Part shown: positions 40,751 through 55,700 of the stretch, in pieces | Layout: each line of letters begins with the position of its first letter | Position numbering within the stretch: the first letter of the stretch is position 1 | Source: Balanoglossus misakiensis | Lineage: Eukaryota > Animalia > Hemichordata | Assembly: GCA_040954595.2 (NCBI GenBank) | Contig: CM082582.2 | Span: 4,696,303 to 4,760,302 of the forward strand | Length of the DNA: 64,000 nt | Reading direction: 5' to 3' | Program-made: the position numbers and the translations under genes | Notes under the pieces: generated by a model | What the model was told of the DNA's origin: nothing | Seen by the model: the letters and a program-made list of their open reading frames with translations, nothing else | Databases searched by the model: none

Positions 40751-41800
40751 GACATTACCTGTTCACATTTTCCAGACTCTGATGGTTTTGCAAATGTTGA
40801 AGACAATGTGTTACTAGTGTTAAGGATTGGAGACTATACAGAGACTCCCTGTGTTTTAACCATCCAGTATCAATTTTACTAATGAATATCAGCAAGTCTG
40901 GTAGATATTAGTTTGACTAGCATTATTTTGCGGGAAGCAAAGTGCATTTTAAATGTGTTATATTTGCAAAAATCATTAAGATTCTTTAGTAAATTGTGGT
41001 TTTCATTACTTGATACACCTTCATCGCGCTTGTAGATAGGCCCAAACGATTCATCTGATTCAACAAGACGGTGACCGATAATATAGGATTTGATTTAGTA
41101 AAGGCCGTAGTAAGTGTTTTGAGATTAATGAAATTTGAGTTAATCTAATATTGTGTAAACTATTTTGTCTTTGAAGTCATGTTTATTCGACTTAATTAAC
41201 ATACATTTTTACATGTTTTCTATAAAAAAAACTTTACAATGCTTATATTCCTCTTATTATACAAGTGAATTCTTCAAATAATTTTACATCTCAAAGGAGA
41301 CTTAAACACTGGTTTTTAATTTTTCTATCTTTTTTATCATTTGTATTAGTTCTTGCCTTGTATACACAGAAAGTTACCCCCACCACCACCACCATAATAA
41401 TTACTTTGTCACATTCTGTCATGCATCCAAATACAATATGCTTCCACACTAACTTTATATTTACATTATACATACTGTTAATTAAATGTTCAAGTTTTTT
41501 TTTCAAAACAGTTTCACGACAGAATAGTCAAAACGAAAGTGTATACAATCATCAGTACGTTTGCATATTTCACAATTAGGATGTTCTGCTTTCTTCCATT
41601 TTTAGAGATTTAATCTGTGTGGAATTTAGGTGTACAATACAAGTAATTAAATAGGACTATTTTTAGCAACCATTTTTGCACTTTAAATTTCATTAGTAAA
41701 GCCCAGTTTTTATGTTCAGTATCACATCGTCTACCAGAGTATGTGGTATGATAACATTTACATGTACGTATGCGTCGTTTTTGGCTATTTAAAGTCGAAT

Positions 41801-41811
41801 GGGGAATCCCC
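41801..41811. promoter_or_regulatory. NF-kappaB-like site upstream of paralogue 2
   Basis: GGGGAATCCCC. Confidence 0.6.
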
Positions 41812-42450
41812 GGACCATCCCCACGCCACCCTCACACGTACACAGCATAACGTTGTCGTTTTAAATACCAGGAAGCAGACGGCACCGGGGCTTTCGATGG
41901 ATTCACGGTAGCCGTCACTAACGTACACTAGTTGTCCCCACCATTTTTGGCGTATAGCGTTCGTGACCATTTGTAGTCGTCTTCGCAGCCTACAGCTTGC
42001 AGAGATCAGTGCAGAACTCGGGCGTTTCTCGGGACAGTCCTCTGTCGAGAGAAATCTTGCAGTACTAGCTCTGACCGTGTTGTTGGGTCAGGTATTAAAG
42101 GTCAGTTGCAGGCATACTTTTCCTTCTTTCGGTTTCCCATTCAAGAGTGGAAAGATCTCAACACGCATCCATGCTCACCGATTATCCAGATTGATTATTC
42201 CGCCACGGACTTAAATTGGCTAATTTTCTGAGATACATGGAATATAAGTTTTACACCATACCGCGGTGGTTGCTAACAAAGCTTGCAGGTAACAGGAAGT
42301 TGTTCGTTGGGAGTGACCACTTCGATTCAGTCTATAACTTTTGTATTCTTGCAATGTTGGTGTGCTTGACGGTCTGTAAATGTTGTTAGTAATGTCAGCC
42401 TTCATTGTAGGGGACTTCAACCTTGACCTGGGCACGAGTTAAAAGATAAG

Positions 42451-45400
42451 ATGGACGTCGACCGAATGGTTTGGTTGTATCGTATCAACCAAGAGTTCAA
42501 CAAACAAATATTGGAGCGTTATTTGGATATTAACGTGATAGGAGGGTACTCTTTGCATCGATACGATCCCGCAGATGACAGTGCACTTATCACGTGCAAT
42601 AACAAGAGTGGTGAGTATTGCCCTGTTTGAGCAGATCGGGTATACTAGTGTACAGCTCTGTGCCATGGCAACGAACTAAAACGTCACTAACATGTGTGTG
42701 ATGGGCAGGGCTATACTCGCAGGGCAAAGGTCTTTTATACTAACACTGGAGCACATCACCTGATATTTTCTATTGTTGTTGGCCTATATGTTGAATGTCT
42801 TTATATATACGATAGTCGGATGTTGGTTTAATATAACAATTATCATGATTTTATTATAATTTCATATTAACCTCAGTCTGCCAATTCCCTCTGTCGTACC
42901 ACGAGTCTGGCTGTACGCATGAGCATGGCGCCAGAGCAAACGAAGTGGATTTTTTTTCAAACCACTGAATGTGATTGAGTATTGATTAAACCTAAATTTG
43001 TTGCGGCCACACTGTAATTTCTCGAGTTGTATACTTATCTTTGAATGGAAATTCAGGAAATAAAACGAAGTAAATAATTGTAATGAGCACGTAAAAAGTA
43101 TTAGTGACATTTAGTATTAGTGATATTTTACGTACTTCCATCGTCGTAAATCACTGTCCTCTTTACGACAACATATTGGGCTCGCGAGAAAGCGCGTACT
43201 ACGCGAACGACTCAAGTTTCCAAATCGATACCTTCGAACATGGTGCTCGATCGCGGCACATTCAAAGTATGTGCAAGTATGGTAACCGCGACGAACAGAA
43301 AAGTCGGTCATCATGCTGACTCATAAAATTTGAAATAAGATTTACTTAATGTTTTTAGTTATAAAACAGAAAGTTACTGAAAAGGCGCTATAGAAATGCT
43401 ATATAATGCCGATTTTTTTGATGATCGGTTCCTTTATAAAAGGCAAAACATTGTATTATATTTCTCTATAGGCAATTTAGCCACATTTTCCCGTTGCTAT
43501 AATGCCGACATTCCGGTCTGATTCTATAGTAAACGTTGTATTTGAAATTTTTCCTTGTTGACTTATGCGTTTTATACTGTCTGTCGTTTATGTTCGTGTG
43601 TGTGTTTTTTTGTTTTTTTTTTCGGGGGGGGGGGGTTGATGATCGGTTCCTATATAAAGGCAAAACATCGTATTAGATTTCCCTAAAGGGAAAATAGGCA
43701 ATTTAGCCTCTTTCCCGTCGCAAAAATATCATATCCACATAATTATCCTTATTTTTAAAAAAATATATTTTAAAGATGAATGTATAAAGATAAAAATTGT
43801 CCATAAAAATGAATGTAGGCCCTATACTTTACGTTAAACGGACGACTGCAACGGAATCCCTAAATGTTCAGATTCTGCCGTGTGTCAAATGCACTAAAAG
43901 GTCACGAATCAATTCGCCTTACTACCAGTGGGACACCAAAATACGTAGCAATGCCGTAAATGTTGTAGTCGTCCAATGAATTTATTCTTTGTTGAATCAC
44001 TAAATCACATTTGGAGCTACAAGAGACTCATGAAAAATTGAAATACAGAAAAGTATCTTGAAATCTTGAAATGAAATGCAGAAAAGAAGTAGCATGAAAA
44101 AATACAAAGAAAATAAAAAAAGGTTAGTGATTTCAAAACATTTGTCGGCGTTAGTTCAAAAAATTATTTCTTTTTCCTACAGCTTCAATTAAAAATTATT
44201 TTAAAATTGTGCCAATTTTGTAGTTAAGCGCTGTATCACCCCAATATGTAATAATTAGCCCAATACGTAATACTAACCCAAAATTTAATAACACCTTAAC
44301 CCAATATGTAAAACTAACCCAATATGTAATAACACCTTAACCCAATATGTAATACTAACCCAATATATAATAACAATTAACCCAATATGTAATACTAACC
44401 AAATATGTAATAACACTTAACCCAATATGTAACAAACTTTAATTCTACATGTAATAAACGTTATCAGCTAACTGCATATGTAATAAACGTTAACCCTATA
44501 TGTTATAAACTTGAATTCTACATGAAATAACATTGAGTTTAGTTTTAAAACATGTTTAGTAAGGATTTCAATTCATATTCAGATATAATTTCATATTGTT
44601 TCATATAATTTCATATTGAGCTTTGTAATTTTCAGTGAAATCACCACGGTAAAAGCAAATCAGCTCTTTTCTTTTGGTGAAGACCTTATCTAAATTTAGT
44701 TCATTAACATTTCAACTTTCACACTTTAACAGAAGTGTTCTAGTGTCTCGCCCTCTTTACCACAACAAGGGCAGGTGTAGTCATTCTCTTCATTTTCCCA
44801 TCTTTTCATTTCGTATTTCAAATCCAGTGTGTTAGACCTTGCTTTAAATTTTAGTTGAGCACATCTTTTAAGGTGCCAAATGAAGGTTACCGAGAATTAG
44901 TTTCTAAATCAATGAATATTGTTTCTTTTCCATCCCTTTCTGAAAGACGTCGATAAACTGATTGAAAGGCATGACCAGTTCAAAGCAGAAAAGTGTGATA
45001 AGGTAAGATTTTTATTTAGCATATACCTCATGTGTTTACAAACCTTGCTTTCGTGTATTGAAATAATTTAGTGTCTGTCCCTCTATGTTGAAAACATGTA
45101 CTAAAATCTGTTTCGTCCAAAAGTCATTTTAAGCATTTACTTCTTGTCTGAAAGGTAAACATCGCCATTATCAAAAACGACCCCACTTTTATTTATTTTT
45201 TCTAAAATAGTCATTCTTACTCATCCTGACAATTTAAAAAGAGCACAACAACGAATATTTCCGCTTTACGAAGTGTTAAATTTTACATGAAGGATAAAAA
45301 ACATAAATCATGGCCGCTATCGTGGCTCAGTAAATCTATGAAATCCATCATTAACCCAAACGTTTCTTTTCCCTTTTAGACGATATGGAAGATACGAGCG

Positions 45401-48400
45401 GATGTTACAGAAAATTTTTCAGGTATAATCGAACAACTTCCACCCAAGAAAAAACAAGCTCTCAATAACACAGGTGCTGTCCGGAAACGGAAAATGCCCA
45501 GCGTGTATGTCGAAGGCTCACTCCTCCAAGTCCGTGACTTCGAAGACACTTTAGCGTGCTACTACTATGAACAGGAACCAATATGCAGTGACAGTTCGGT
45601 CGATCCACCGGATTTAGTTGGGAGCAAAGTGAAGGCAAGTGCGGAGTTCCAATTAGTCACGATAATTATATACATGTAGTGGCATGTTTCAGAGATGATG
45701 ATGGTAATTGGTAATGATAATTACATAAAGAATAATTTCACTCCAGAAGTGTTTTTGGTCGCGAACAAGACTTTTGGGGTCAATTTTACGAATACATATC
45801 AAAGTTTTTATGAATGACTACGAATGAAAATAATTTAAACTAAGTTCGAGTTTTTCAGAGGATCTATATTCGCAGTTTCACCACAAAAATTCATAAGGTA
45901 GCATTAAAGCTAGAGAAACCAATCGATCACTTGTTTACCCATTCCTCGTGACTATACCAACCATTTTTAAAACATCGGATCAATCAGATACTGCTAATAG
46001 CTGTTTGGTGATCGAACGGAGCCAGTAATGTGGTCAATTTTGCCAGGCCAATATGATTTTAACAGTAAATTGGACATCTTCATAAAAGTCTACAAACTTC
46101 TCGATTTCTGGAAATAGAACATTGGGTATGGTTATTACGTAATTTTTGTACATAAAGCTAACAGTTCAAATCACATGATAGCTTTCATTATATATGCATA
46201 GACATTCATATATCGGTTTCAAAATCGAACACAACAAGGAGTCGCAAGATACCACGTCTGTCAACCCGTCTCAGAAAACTATAACATTTCTTGTTTTTCC
46301 GATATCGTAAGTTGTGTCGTTTCGGTACGTGGCCAAATTTGGGTGTACAACCCAGGACAACATTCTGATTAAAATTACTACCGGTTATTCAAACACTAAA
46401 CCTTCCTATATTTTAATATCGATCAAAACTGATAATATGTGCAATATTCTAGTCAAACTGGGGTAAAATTCTTATCCACGAAAACTGAGCAGACATTCAA
46501 AAAGTAGAAGAAGCGAGATCAATAAAGACCCAGGTCGCGGGCATGAGTTGAAATATATAGATGACTGTCTGTTCATTGTGAAATCTCGCAACACTTGGTT
46601 GATTACCGTAGTAACAGGTTGCCAGCCAAGTAGTATAGAATAGGTTCAGAGTTGTAAAAATGTAACTGTTGTGCTTTTCAACACGACGTACAATTGTTTA
46701 TCCTGCTTCAGATGAGAATTTACCAAATGCATCTCATTTCGGAGGATGGCTCCGAACCTTTCCTCTATTTGTTGGAGATGGTACCAGCATAAGGTACCAA
46801 CATGCACAAAGCTATTACCAACAGTAGAATCGGGATTAATATCAGTCTTTTAAATATTACATTATGCATAGGCAAAGTTTACATGATCGCATCTCTCGTA
46901 GGTAATTACAAGACGTGGGGCCAGATGTCTTTCACGTGCATATACATACATGTACTATGAACTTCATTTCATTTCTTCATTAATTAGGTCTTACAGAATG
47001 TCTCTGGAGAGGTGGCACCATGGGTATTCCATTTATGCCCCTCGATTCGAGACCATATGGACTCTATCGAAAGAAAGGCCCAAGTTTCAATTGCGAAGGC
47101 TTCAAAGAAGTCGGTAATTACCGGGGTGTATAGCACAACTATTGAACAGCTATTTGAGGCTGACGATGCTTTAAAGCGGATTGTCTGTGCCCGGACATGC
47201 TATCCTTTAACAAAGTCTGGAAAGGTAGAACGAGACGATAAGCCAACATATAATAGAGGAAGGAAAGACGACCCACCATTCGAAATGTCCTATCACCGAC
47301 CGAGTCGATCCAACGACAGCAGCCCTCCAAAATCATCACCGAAGTACACAAAAACCAGCGCCGGTGCGTCAAATCCACCAAGTGAAAGTAGAGGCCCACG
47401 AAAACAGGCGGCTGGAACTGTTGTATCCGACATCGACCAAACCCACATTTCAGAATGTCTTGAGAAATTGTCCTACTCAATGAAAACGCCTGAAGGGGTC
47501 AACGTCTCCATAAAATGTAGTGACATCACCAAAGAATCCGTCGTGGTTATTGTCAACTCTGCAAACTCGCATCTCCAGCACCAGAATGGACTCGCTAAGA
47601 CGATATCCGAAAAAGGAGGATATATCATACAGCGGGAATGTACTCACCATATCAAACGACATGGTCCTCTCCGGCCCGGTAATGTTTTCTTTACACCAGG
47701 CGGAAATCTGCCCTGCAAATATGTGATACACGCCGTTGGACCCATCTGGGTGGAGGGTGAACATCTACAAGTTGTATCACAGGTCCTGTATGACACGATA
47801 TTGCAGGCGCTGAACTTTGCATACAACTGTTTTGAAGCCTGCTCTATTGCTTTGCCCGCTATTAGCACAGGTACGTGCATTTTTCTCAAAAATCGCCATA
47901 ATTTTGTTTTGTAGTCCTTTCTTTAAAATTCATATCATTAATTTAAAATTACTAACCCATGAAGAGACGACATGATAGATTAATGTAAGTTTGTATATAT
48001 GACACAAGCCTTTTTCTCTACGTTCCTTGACAGGTTTACATGGAGTTCCCATCGATGTCTGTGCTAGGGTGTACCGTGCTGCGATTATGGAATTCTCCAC
48101 AAGTCAAAAGTCAACAATACTGAAAGACATCCGAATCGTAATCAATGACGCAGATTCGGTCGGTACCTTTATTTTGGAGTTCGGTGCAGCCGAAGAGCGA
48201 ATTCGTTTCGGTGGGCCCTCAAGTGACCTCTCGCCAGTCCTGACTCCAAAGGCTGCGGTACGTTCTGACAGAGGTTGGCGTGAGTCACACGACCGGCGTA
48301 GCCCACCCGCTGCCGCTGCTGCGGTCGTTCCTGGTCGCGGAAGCGGGAAAGTTGATTCCAAGAGTGGAGCCTCCGCCACATCGTTTGTATCAATTATGCC

Positions 48401-48890
48401 AATTACACCGGTAAGTGACACCAAACTCATCGCATCGCCTCACGATAAAAGAGACGCATGTCCCATTTGCATCAGCGACCACGTAGCCGTCAAGAAGATG
48501 CGTTGCTGTCAGAATATTATCTGCAACATCTGCTTTGACCGACATTTCCAAGGGGATGGAAAGTGTCCGTTCTGCTTGATAGTTGTTCTACGCAAACGGG
48601 GGAATCAACCAGACGGTGATATTGATCATCGTTTGGAAAGAAATCAACATCTCCCGGGTTATGAAGGGATGGGCACCATTGTTATTTCATACTCATTCAA
48701 AGATGGCAGATTAATAGAGCTAGAATTCAGATACGGTACTTCTTTTGAGAGAATGTGCACACTGATTTTATGTTACAAGAAGTTTTCAATGGTCGTTGCA
48801 GTTTTGCCCCTTGCTATTCATTGCAGTTTGCACCTTGTGTTTCGAATAAAATATTGCATTCCCATATTAGAGAGATTTAGTTACACGTAA
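42451..48890 (+). pseudogene. Paralogue 2: Macro-RING with truncated Deltex domain (3'-truncated gene or pseudogene)
   Basis: Exons 42451-42610, 44947-45002, 45380-45634, 46988-47870, 48034 onward; homology to paralogue 1 stops at about 48708 (SYSFKDG) and the frame runs into unrelated sequence; last two DTC exons absent. Confidence 0.75.
44232..44600. repeat. Partial copy of the TAACCCAATATGTAATA satellite/foldback element
   Basis: Starts tgtatcaccccaatatgtaat, same terminus as the 49763-52606 element. Confidence 0.8.
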
Positions 48891-49013
48891 TTACGCGAAC
48901 GTCTGACGGTAGTCTTGCTCCAAGACTGCGTGATACTGATATGCGAGACATATACATGTAGTACGAGCCGTTAGGCGAGTGCTATATGGAGCGAATTGTA
49001 CCCATGCAAATCT

Positions 49014-49390
49014 CGTGTATACCCGTCTGCGGCGGGGGTTATTGCTTAAATAAATGACTCTGGAACTGTCGTCTGGCAATAATGCACATAATACACATCG
49101 CGCCATTGGCAAAAGAACGATTTGTCAACCAATTAGCGCTTGCGTCATAAGCAGCTTTTGATTCAGTGAGAGTGCGTGATCGATTTTGTTCTCACACAGA
49201 TGACTGTGATCCCACACTCCCAGCGTGCCAGGAGTGTGAGAAAATGGTAGGCGTGGCTTAAAACATAAATGTGTTTATATCAGAACGACTTTTAAAACAC
49301 AGCGTTATCCTATTTCTATTCAGGTGAAGGTTGAAAAAGGGCACACTGGTTCTGTGCGTTGGCTTGATGTTCAAGGTGGACCACATGATG
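49014..49390 (+). repeat. About 375-bp segment duplicated at 60547-60923
   Basis: Near-identical from cgtgtata(c/t)ccgtctgcggcggggg to ggaccacatgatg. Confidence 0.9.
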
Positions 49391-49762
49391 ATATGCAAGT
49401 TCTATTCATTTCCTTCTTTCGACATGTCTTTCATCATTTGGCTTACACGAGTGAAATGCGCGCTCTCCGCACGCATCCATGCTCACCGATTATTCAGATT
49501 GATTACATGTACTAGTATTCCGTCTCAGCCTCAGACCTAAATTGTCTAATTTTCTAAGACACGTGGAATATATCAATCAATCAACAAAGAGTTTATATAG
49601 CGCCAAAATCCAAAACAAGAATTTTGCCCAATGACGCTTATGGTTAAACCACATTGTATGCTCTTTCAAACATATGAGAATGTTATGAATATAAGTTCCA
49701 CACCATACAGTGGTCGTCTGCAAAGTATCAAGGTATACAAGTAACATAGAGTTGTCCGTGGT

Positions 49763-52606
49763 TGTATCACCACCCCAATATGTAATAATTAACCCAATAT
49801 GTAATACTAACCCAATATGTAATAACACCTTAACCCAATATGTAATATTAACCCAATATGTAATAACACTTAACCCAATATGTAATAAACTTTAATTCTA
49901 CATGTAATAAACGTTATCAGCTAGCTGCATATGTAATAAACGTTAACCCTATATGATATAAACTTGAATTTTACATGAAATAAACGTTTTCAGTTAACCC
50001 TATATGTAATAAACTTTTGTTCTACATGAAATAACGTTAATTCTACATGAAAAAATACGTTATTAGTTAACCCTATATGTAATAAACTTTAACCCGATAT
50101 GTAATACTAACCCAATATGTAATACTAGTAACACCTTAACCCAATATGTAATACTAACTCAATATGTAATAACACTTTCACCCAATATGTAATAACACTG
50201 CCCTAATGTGCTTGAATATGTAATATTAACCCATGAATAGAGTTGAAGTAAAACTCAAGTCTTTATAAAAGTAGTGAAATAAAGTTGTGTACGCATGCGT
50301 TACATCAACATATTGTCTCAGATGGAAGCTTCCAGACATATACAGAGAATACCCAGGACACATAATTGACATGGAAAATTTCCAAATTTTAGACAGAGAA
50401 TCTGATGTATTAATGAAGCCATATACATCAGGACACTTCAACCCTCACTTGTAGAGATGGGGGCAGGGGGGGGGGGGGTTACACTTTACCATCCGTGCAC
50501 ACTACTCGCCCGTCAAAAGTATACCTTTCTTAATTTTGAAGTCCAAAAGCGGGGGGGGGCATCTTTTTTTAAATAACGTTTAGGGGGTTCACATACTTTT
50601 GCCACAAAACTTGTGCAGTTTCGCACCCTTTATTTTACAAAATTTTCTAATCCCCAGCGTACCCCCGCGGCCTCCCCACCTCGGGTGATACGGGATAAAT
50701 GTGGCGAATTAGCCCGGTGGTTGCAGTCCCCTAGTGGGTGGATCCGTATACTAACAGCCGATAGTAATTGTTTTGCGAAATATAGCATAAAGCTAGAGGT
50801 TCAAACAACAAAATTTACCTTGATTTCATGTGGATGTAAAGGTTAGATAAATCTATCACTATGTTAACTTTACCAGGACTATCAAATGCTACCGGAACTT
50901 ACAAGTAATTCGTTGGGTTAAAGGCACGTAAGCTGCAACTGGATAAAAATATTAAAGTTTTAAATAATCTCATATATGCTTTTAATTCTGTCTACTAAAT
51001 GCTATTTCATGATAATATATCAAGCTCAACTCTTTTTTATGACAAAATGGCCAAAAATTAAAGAAAAACGAAAATTCCTGCAATTTTTAAAAAAGTGCAA
51101 TATTGCAATGAAAAATGAAAATCTGATGTCTCAGTGGTGTACATTTACTTCCATGAGCTCAAGTGGATAAGATCATGTTTTGTTTATGAAGTTTCACAAC
51201 CGGAAATGCGACATTTTCATTGTTTCTTGCATTTTCCCACGGTGGCGGCCATAATCGCTTGCGGCAAAGCTTTATTATTTATGTGGTTAAAACTTGCATA
51301 TGCACCCATATTTAGGGTTTATAATGCTTGTGTATAGTTCACTACCTTCATCTGCATGGACTAATGGTAGTACAGTTTGAAACAAAAATTATGAAAATTA
51401 TCCCCAAAGTTACAGCTTATGTGCCTTTAAGCGGGAAGTAATAGGGTTTCCCCCTCTATCACCACCTCTATTGAAAATAGATGAAATAATATTATGGTCT
51501 TTTCCCGGAAAAACAAATGTACCCCCCCCCCCCGTAAAAAAAATACAAGCCACCTTTACCATTACATATTGGGTTAAGTGTTATTACATATTGGGTTAAT
51601 GAAAAACATTGAGTTTAGTTTTAAAACATGTTTAGTAAGAATTTTAATTCATATTCAGATATAATTTCATATTGATTTGGTGTATTTCATTTAGCTTAGC
51701 ATTAAAATACATTAGGGCAGTGTTATTACATATTGAGTTAAGGTGTTATTACATATTGGGTTAGTTTTACATATTGGGTTAAGGTGTTATTACATATTGG
51801 GTTAGTGTTACATATTGGGTTAAGTGTTATTACATATTGGGTTAGTGTTACATATCGGGTTAAAGTTTATTACATATAGGGTTAACTAATAACGTATTTT
51901 TCATGTAGAATTAACGTTATTTCATGTAGAACTAAAGTTTATTACATATAGGGTTAACGTTTATTACATATAGGGTTAACTAATAACGTATTTTTTCATG
52001 TAGAATTAACGTTATTTCATGTAGAACTAAAGTTTATTACATATAGGGTTAACGTTTATTACATATAGGGTTAACTAATAACGTAATTTTTCACGTAGAA
52101 TTAACGTTATTTCATGTAGAACTAAAGTTTATTACATATAGGGTTAAAGTTTATTACATATAGGGTTAACTAATAACGTATTTTTTCATGTAGAATTAAC
52201 GTTATTTCATGTAGAACTAAAGTTTATTACATATAGGGTTAACGTTTATTACATATAGGGTTAACTAATAACGTAATTTTTCACGTAGAATTAACGTTAT
52301 TTCATGTAGAACTAAAGTTTATTACATATAGGGTTAACGTTTATTACATATAGGGTTAAGTAATAACGTTTTTTCATGTAGAATTAACGTTATTTCATGT
52401 AGAATTAAAGTTTATTACATATAGGGTTAACGTTTATTACAGATGCAGCTAGCTGATAACGTTTATTACATGTAGAATTAAAGTTTATTCCATATTGGGT
52501 TAAGTGTTATTACATATTGGGTTAGTATTACATATTGGGTTAAGTGTTATTACATATTGGGTTAGTATTACATATTGGGTTAATTATTACATATTGGGGT
52601 GATACA
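49763..52606. mobile_element. Foldback-like element with long, internally repetitive inverted arms, inserted in the promoter of paralogue 3
   Basis: Left arm arrays of taacccaatatgtaata (to about 50230), right arm reverse-complement arrays (about 51560-52606), termini tgtatcac...gtgataca; flanks rejoin into the promoter sequence seen uninterrupted at about 42300-42320. Confidence 0.75.
50922..51426. mobile_element. Kolobok-like MITE nested in the foldback element
   Basis: TTAA|aggcacgtaagctgcaac ... gttacagcttatgtgcct|TTAA. Confidence 0.75.
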
Positions 52607-52745
52607 GCGGTGAGTGACCACTTCGATTCAGTCTATGCCTTTAATTCTTGTAATGTTAATGTGCTGGGCGGTCTGTCAATGTTGTTAGTATAATGTCAGC
52701 CTTCATTGTAGGGGACTTCAACCTTTGCACAAGTTGAAAGTTAAG

Positions 52746-55700
52746 ATGGACGTCGACCGAATGGTTTGGTTGTATCGTATCAACCAAGAGTTCAACAAAG
52801 ACTTACTGGAGCGTTATTTGGATAGTACCGTGAAAGGAGGGTACTCTTTGAATCTATACGATCGCGCAGATGACAGTGCACTTATCACGTGCAATAACAA
52901 GAGTGGTGAGTATTGCCCTGTTTGAGCAGATCGGGTAGACTAGTGTACAGCTCTGTGCCATTGGCTATACAACCACGGGGCAAAGGTCTTTTATGATAAC
53001 ACTGGAGCCCATCACCCGATATTTTATATTGTTTGTTGGCCTATGTGTTGAATGTCTTTATACCATAGTCGGATATTGGTTGAATATAACAATTATTCTC
53101 ATGATGTTATCCCAATTTAAAATTTACCCTCTGTCAATTCCCTCTGTCGCACCAAGAGTCTGGCTGTACGCGTGAGCATGGCGCCAGCAAACGAAGTGTT
53201 GTTGTTTTTTGTCAAAACCACTGAATTTGATTAAATATCGATTAAACCTAAATTTGTTGCGGCCACACCGCAATTTTTCGAATTGTATACTTAACTTTGA
53301 ATGGAAATTCAGGATGCATTTAACGTGAAAACTATTAGTAACATTAAGTATTATTAGGGACATTTTACGTACCACAATCGTTGTAAACCATGGTCCTGGC
53401 GAAGAAACCGCTACTGAAGTATAGTCCTGGCTCGCGTGAATGTATACTGCGCGAACGAATCAAGTTTCCAAATCGATACGGTCGAGAACATAACATGGTG
53501 CTTGCGACGAACAGAAAAGCCGATCGTCATACTGACGCATAAAATATGAAGTTAGACTTACTTAATGTACTTTTTAGTTATAAAACAGATTGAAACTCAA
53601 AGCCACAACATAGAAATGCTATAATGTCGACATTTCGGTCCGATTCTAGTACACGTTGTATTTGAAATTTTTCCTTGTTGTCTTGGGCGTTTATAAGTCT
53701 GCCGCTTATGTTTGTGTATCTCCTTGGTTTTGTGGTGATCGGTTCCTATATAAAAGGCAAAAGATTGCATTATGTTTCTATACATGCCACCTTTGGTATT
53801 GCAAAAAATGTCATGAACCCATATCCTATTTTTAAAAACTAACTATTGTTAACGTTGAATGTATAAATATGAATATTGTCCATAAATAAAATGAGTCTAC
53901 TTTACGTAAAATAAACGACTACAATGTTCAGTTACTGTGTCAAATGCACCAAAGGTGGGGTCCACCCACCAGTGGGGCACCAAAACACGTATCAAGGCCG
54001 TAAAGATTATAGTCGTCCGATGTTACTAAGAATAATTGTCTAAATCAATGAATATTGTTTCTTTTTCCCCTCTCTCTCTAAAAGACGTCGATAAACTGAT
54101 TGAAAGGCGTGACCACTTCAGAGCAGAAAAGTGCGACAAGGTAAGATCAATACGTAGCGTGCCTAATGTGTGTAAAGATACTACATTTTCAATTCTTGCC
54201 AGAATCTCGTCACATTTTTTCTGTATTGATATAATTTATTATTGTCACTCTACCTATTAAAAATGCTTGCCACCCCAACCCCACCGATGATAATATTTAA
54301 CAAAGTAAATACATAAATGAGAATAATCGTTTAAACCATTTCGCATAACTGATTTCGCGCTACATCTTGTATATACTAGATATTTTATAAATGATGTTAG
54401 GACGAAGATTACGCCAAATCTTCTAACTTTGAGTGGAGTGGCAAAAAGTAAAATTGGTCCTCCCTAACATTGAGTTAATTTGCTTTTGAGTTCATTAAAA
54501 TGCAACTTTGAGCACCGTATTTTACAAAATTTTCTTATGTGGGATGGGGACACCCCCTCCACTTTTCTTGTTTTACCAATTCTAGTAACTATTGTAGTGA
54601 CTCGTCATTTTAATTTGGTCGTATATTTCTTTATTGCAACAGTATACTATTATATACTTCAATTACTTTAAGAAATTTATAATTGAGGTGTGAGGAACCC
54701 CATTCCCTTTATTGCATACAGTATACGGTACATAGGATCAGGACGGCGAATGTTTTCGGTAAGTAAAGTAAATCTATGAAATCCATCGTTAAACCGAACG
54801 TTTCTTTTTTCCTTTTAGACGTTATGGAAGATACGGGCGGAAATTACAAAAAAGTTTTCAGGAATAATCGAACATCTTCCCACCAAGAAAAAACAAGCTC
54901 TAAACAACACTGGTGCTGTCCGGAAACGTAAAATGCCCGATGGTATTATATATGTCGAAGGCTCACTCCTCCAAGTCCGTGACTTCGAAGACACTTTAGC
55001 GTGCTACTACTATGAACAGGAACCAATATGCAGTGACAGTTCGGTCGATCCACCGGATTTAGTTGGGAGCAAAGTGAAGGCAAGTGCGGAGTTCCAATTA
55101 GTCACGATAATTATATACATGTAGTGGCATGTTTCAGAGATGATGATGATGGTAATTGGTAATGATAATTACATAAAGAATAATTTCACTCCAGAAGTGT
55201 TTTTTGTCGCGAACAAGACTTTTTGGGTCAATTTTACGAATACATGTCAAAGTTGGTAAAAATATATACGAATGAAAATCATTTAAACTAAGTTCGATAT
55301 TTGAGAGGATCCATTTTCGCAGTTTCACCACAAAAATTCATAAGGTAGCATTTAAGCTAGAGAAACCAATCGATCACTTGTTTACCCGTTCCTCGTGACT
55401 ATACCAACCAGTTTTAAAACATCGGATCAATTAGATACTACTAATAGCTGTTTGGTGATCGAACGGAGCCAGTTATGCAGGACACCCGTACACTGTCACC
55501 ATGTGTTCAATTTTGTCAGGCCAACATGATTTTTAACAGATAATAAAAGTCAACAAACTTCTCAATATCTGAAAATGGAACATTGGGTATGATTATTACG
55601 TAATGTTTGTATGAAGCAAAAAATCCAAGTCACAAGATAGCTTCCGATTATATATGCATAGACGTTCAAAATATTGGTTCCAAAATTGAACACAAAAAGG

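Noticed and set aside
49763-52606. CRISPR array or telomeric repeats
   Set aside because: No unique spacers, and TAACCC occurs only inside longer satellite units
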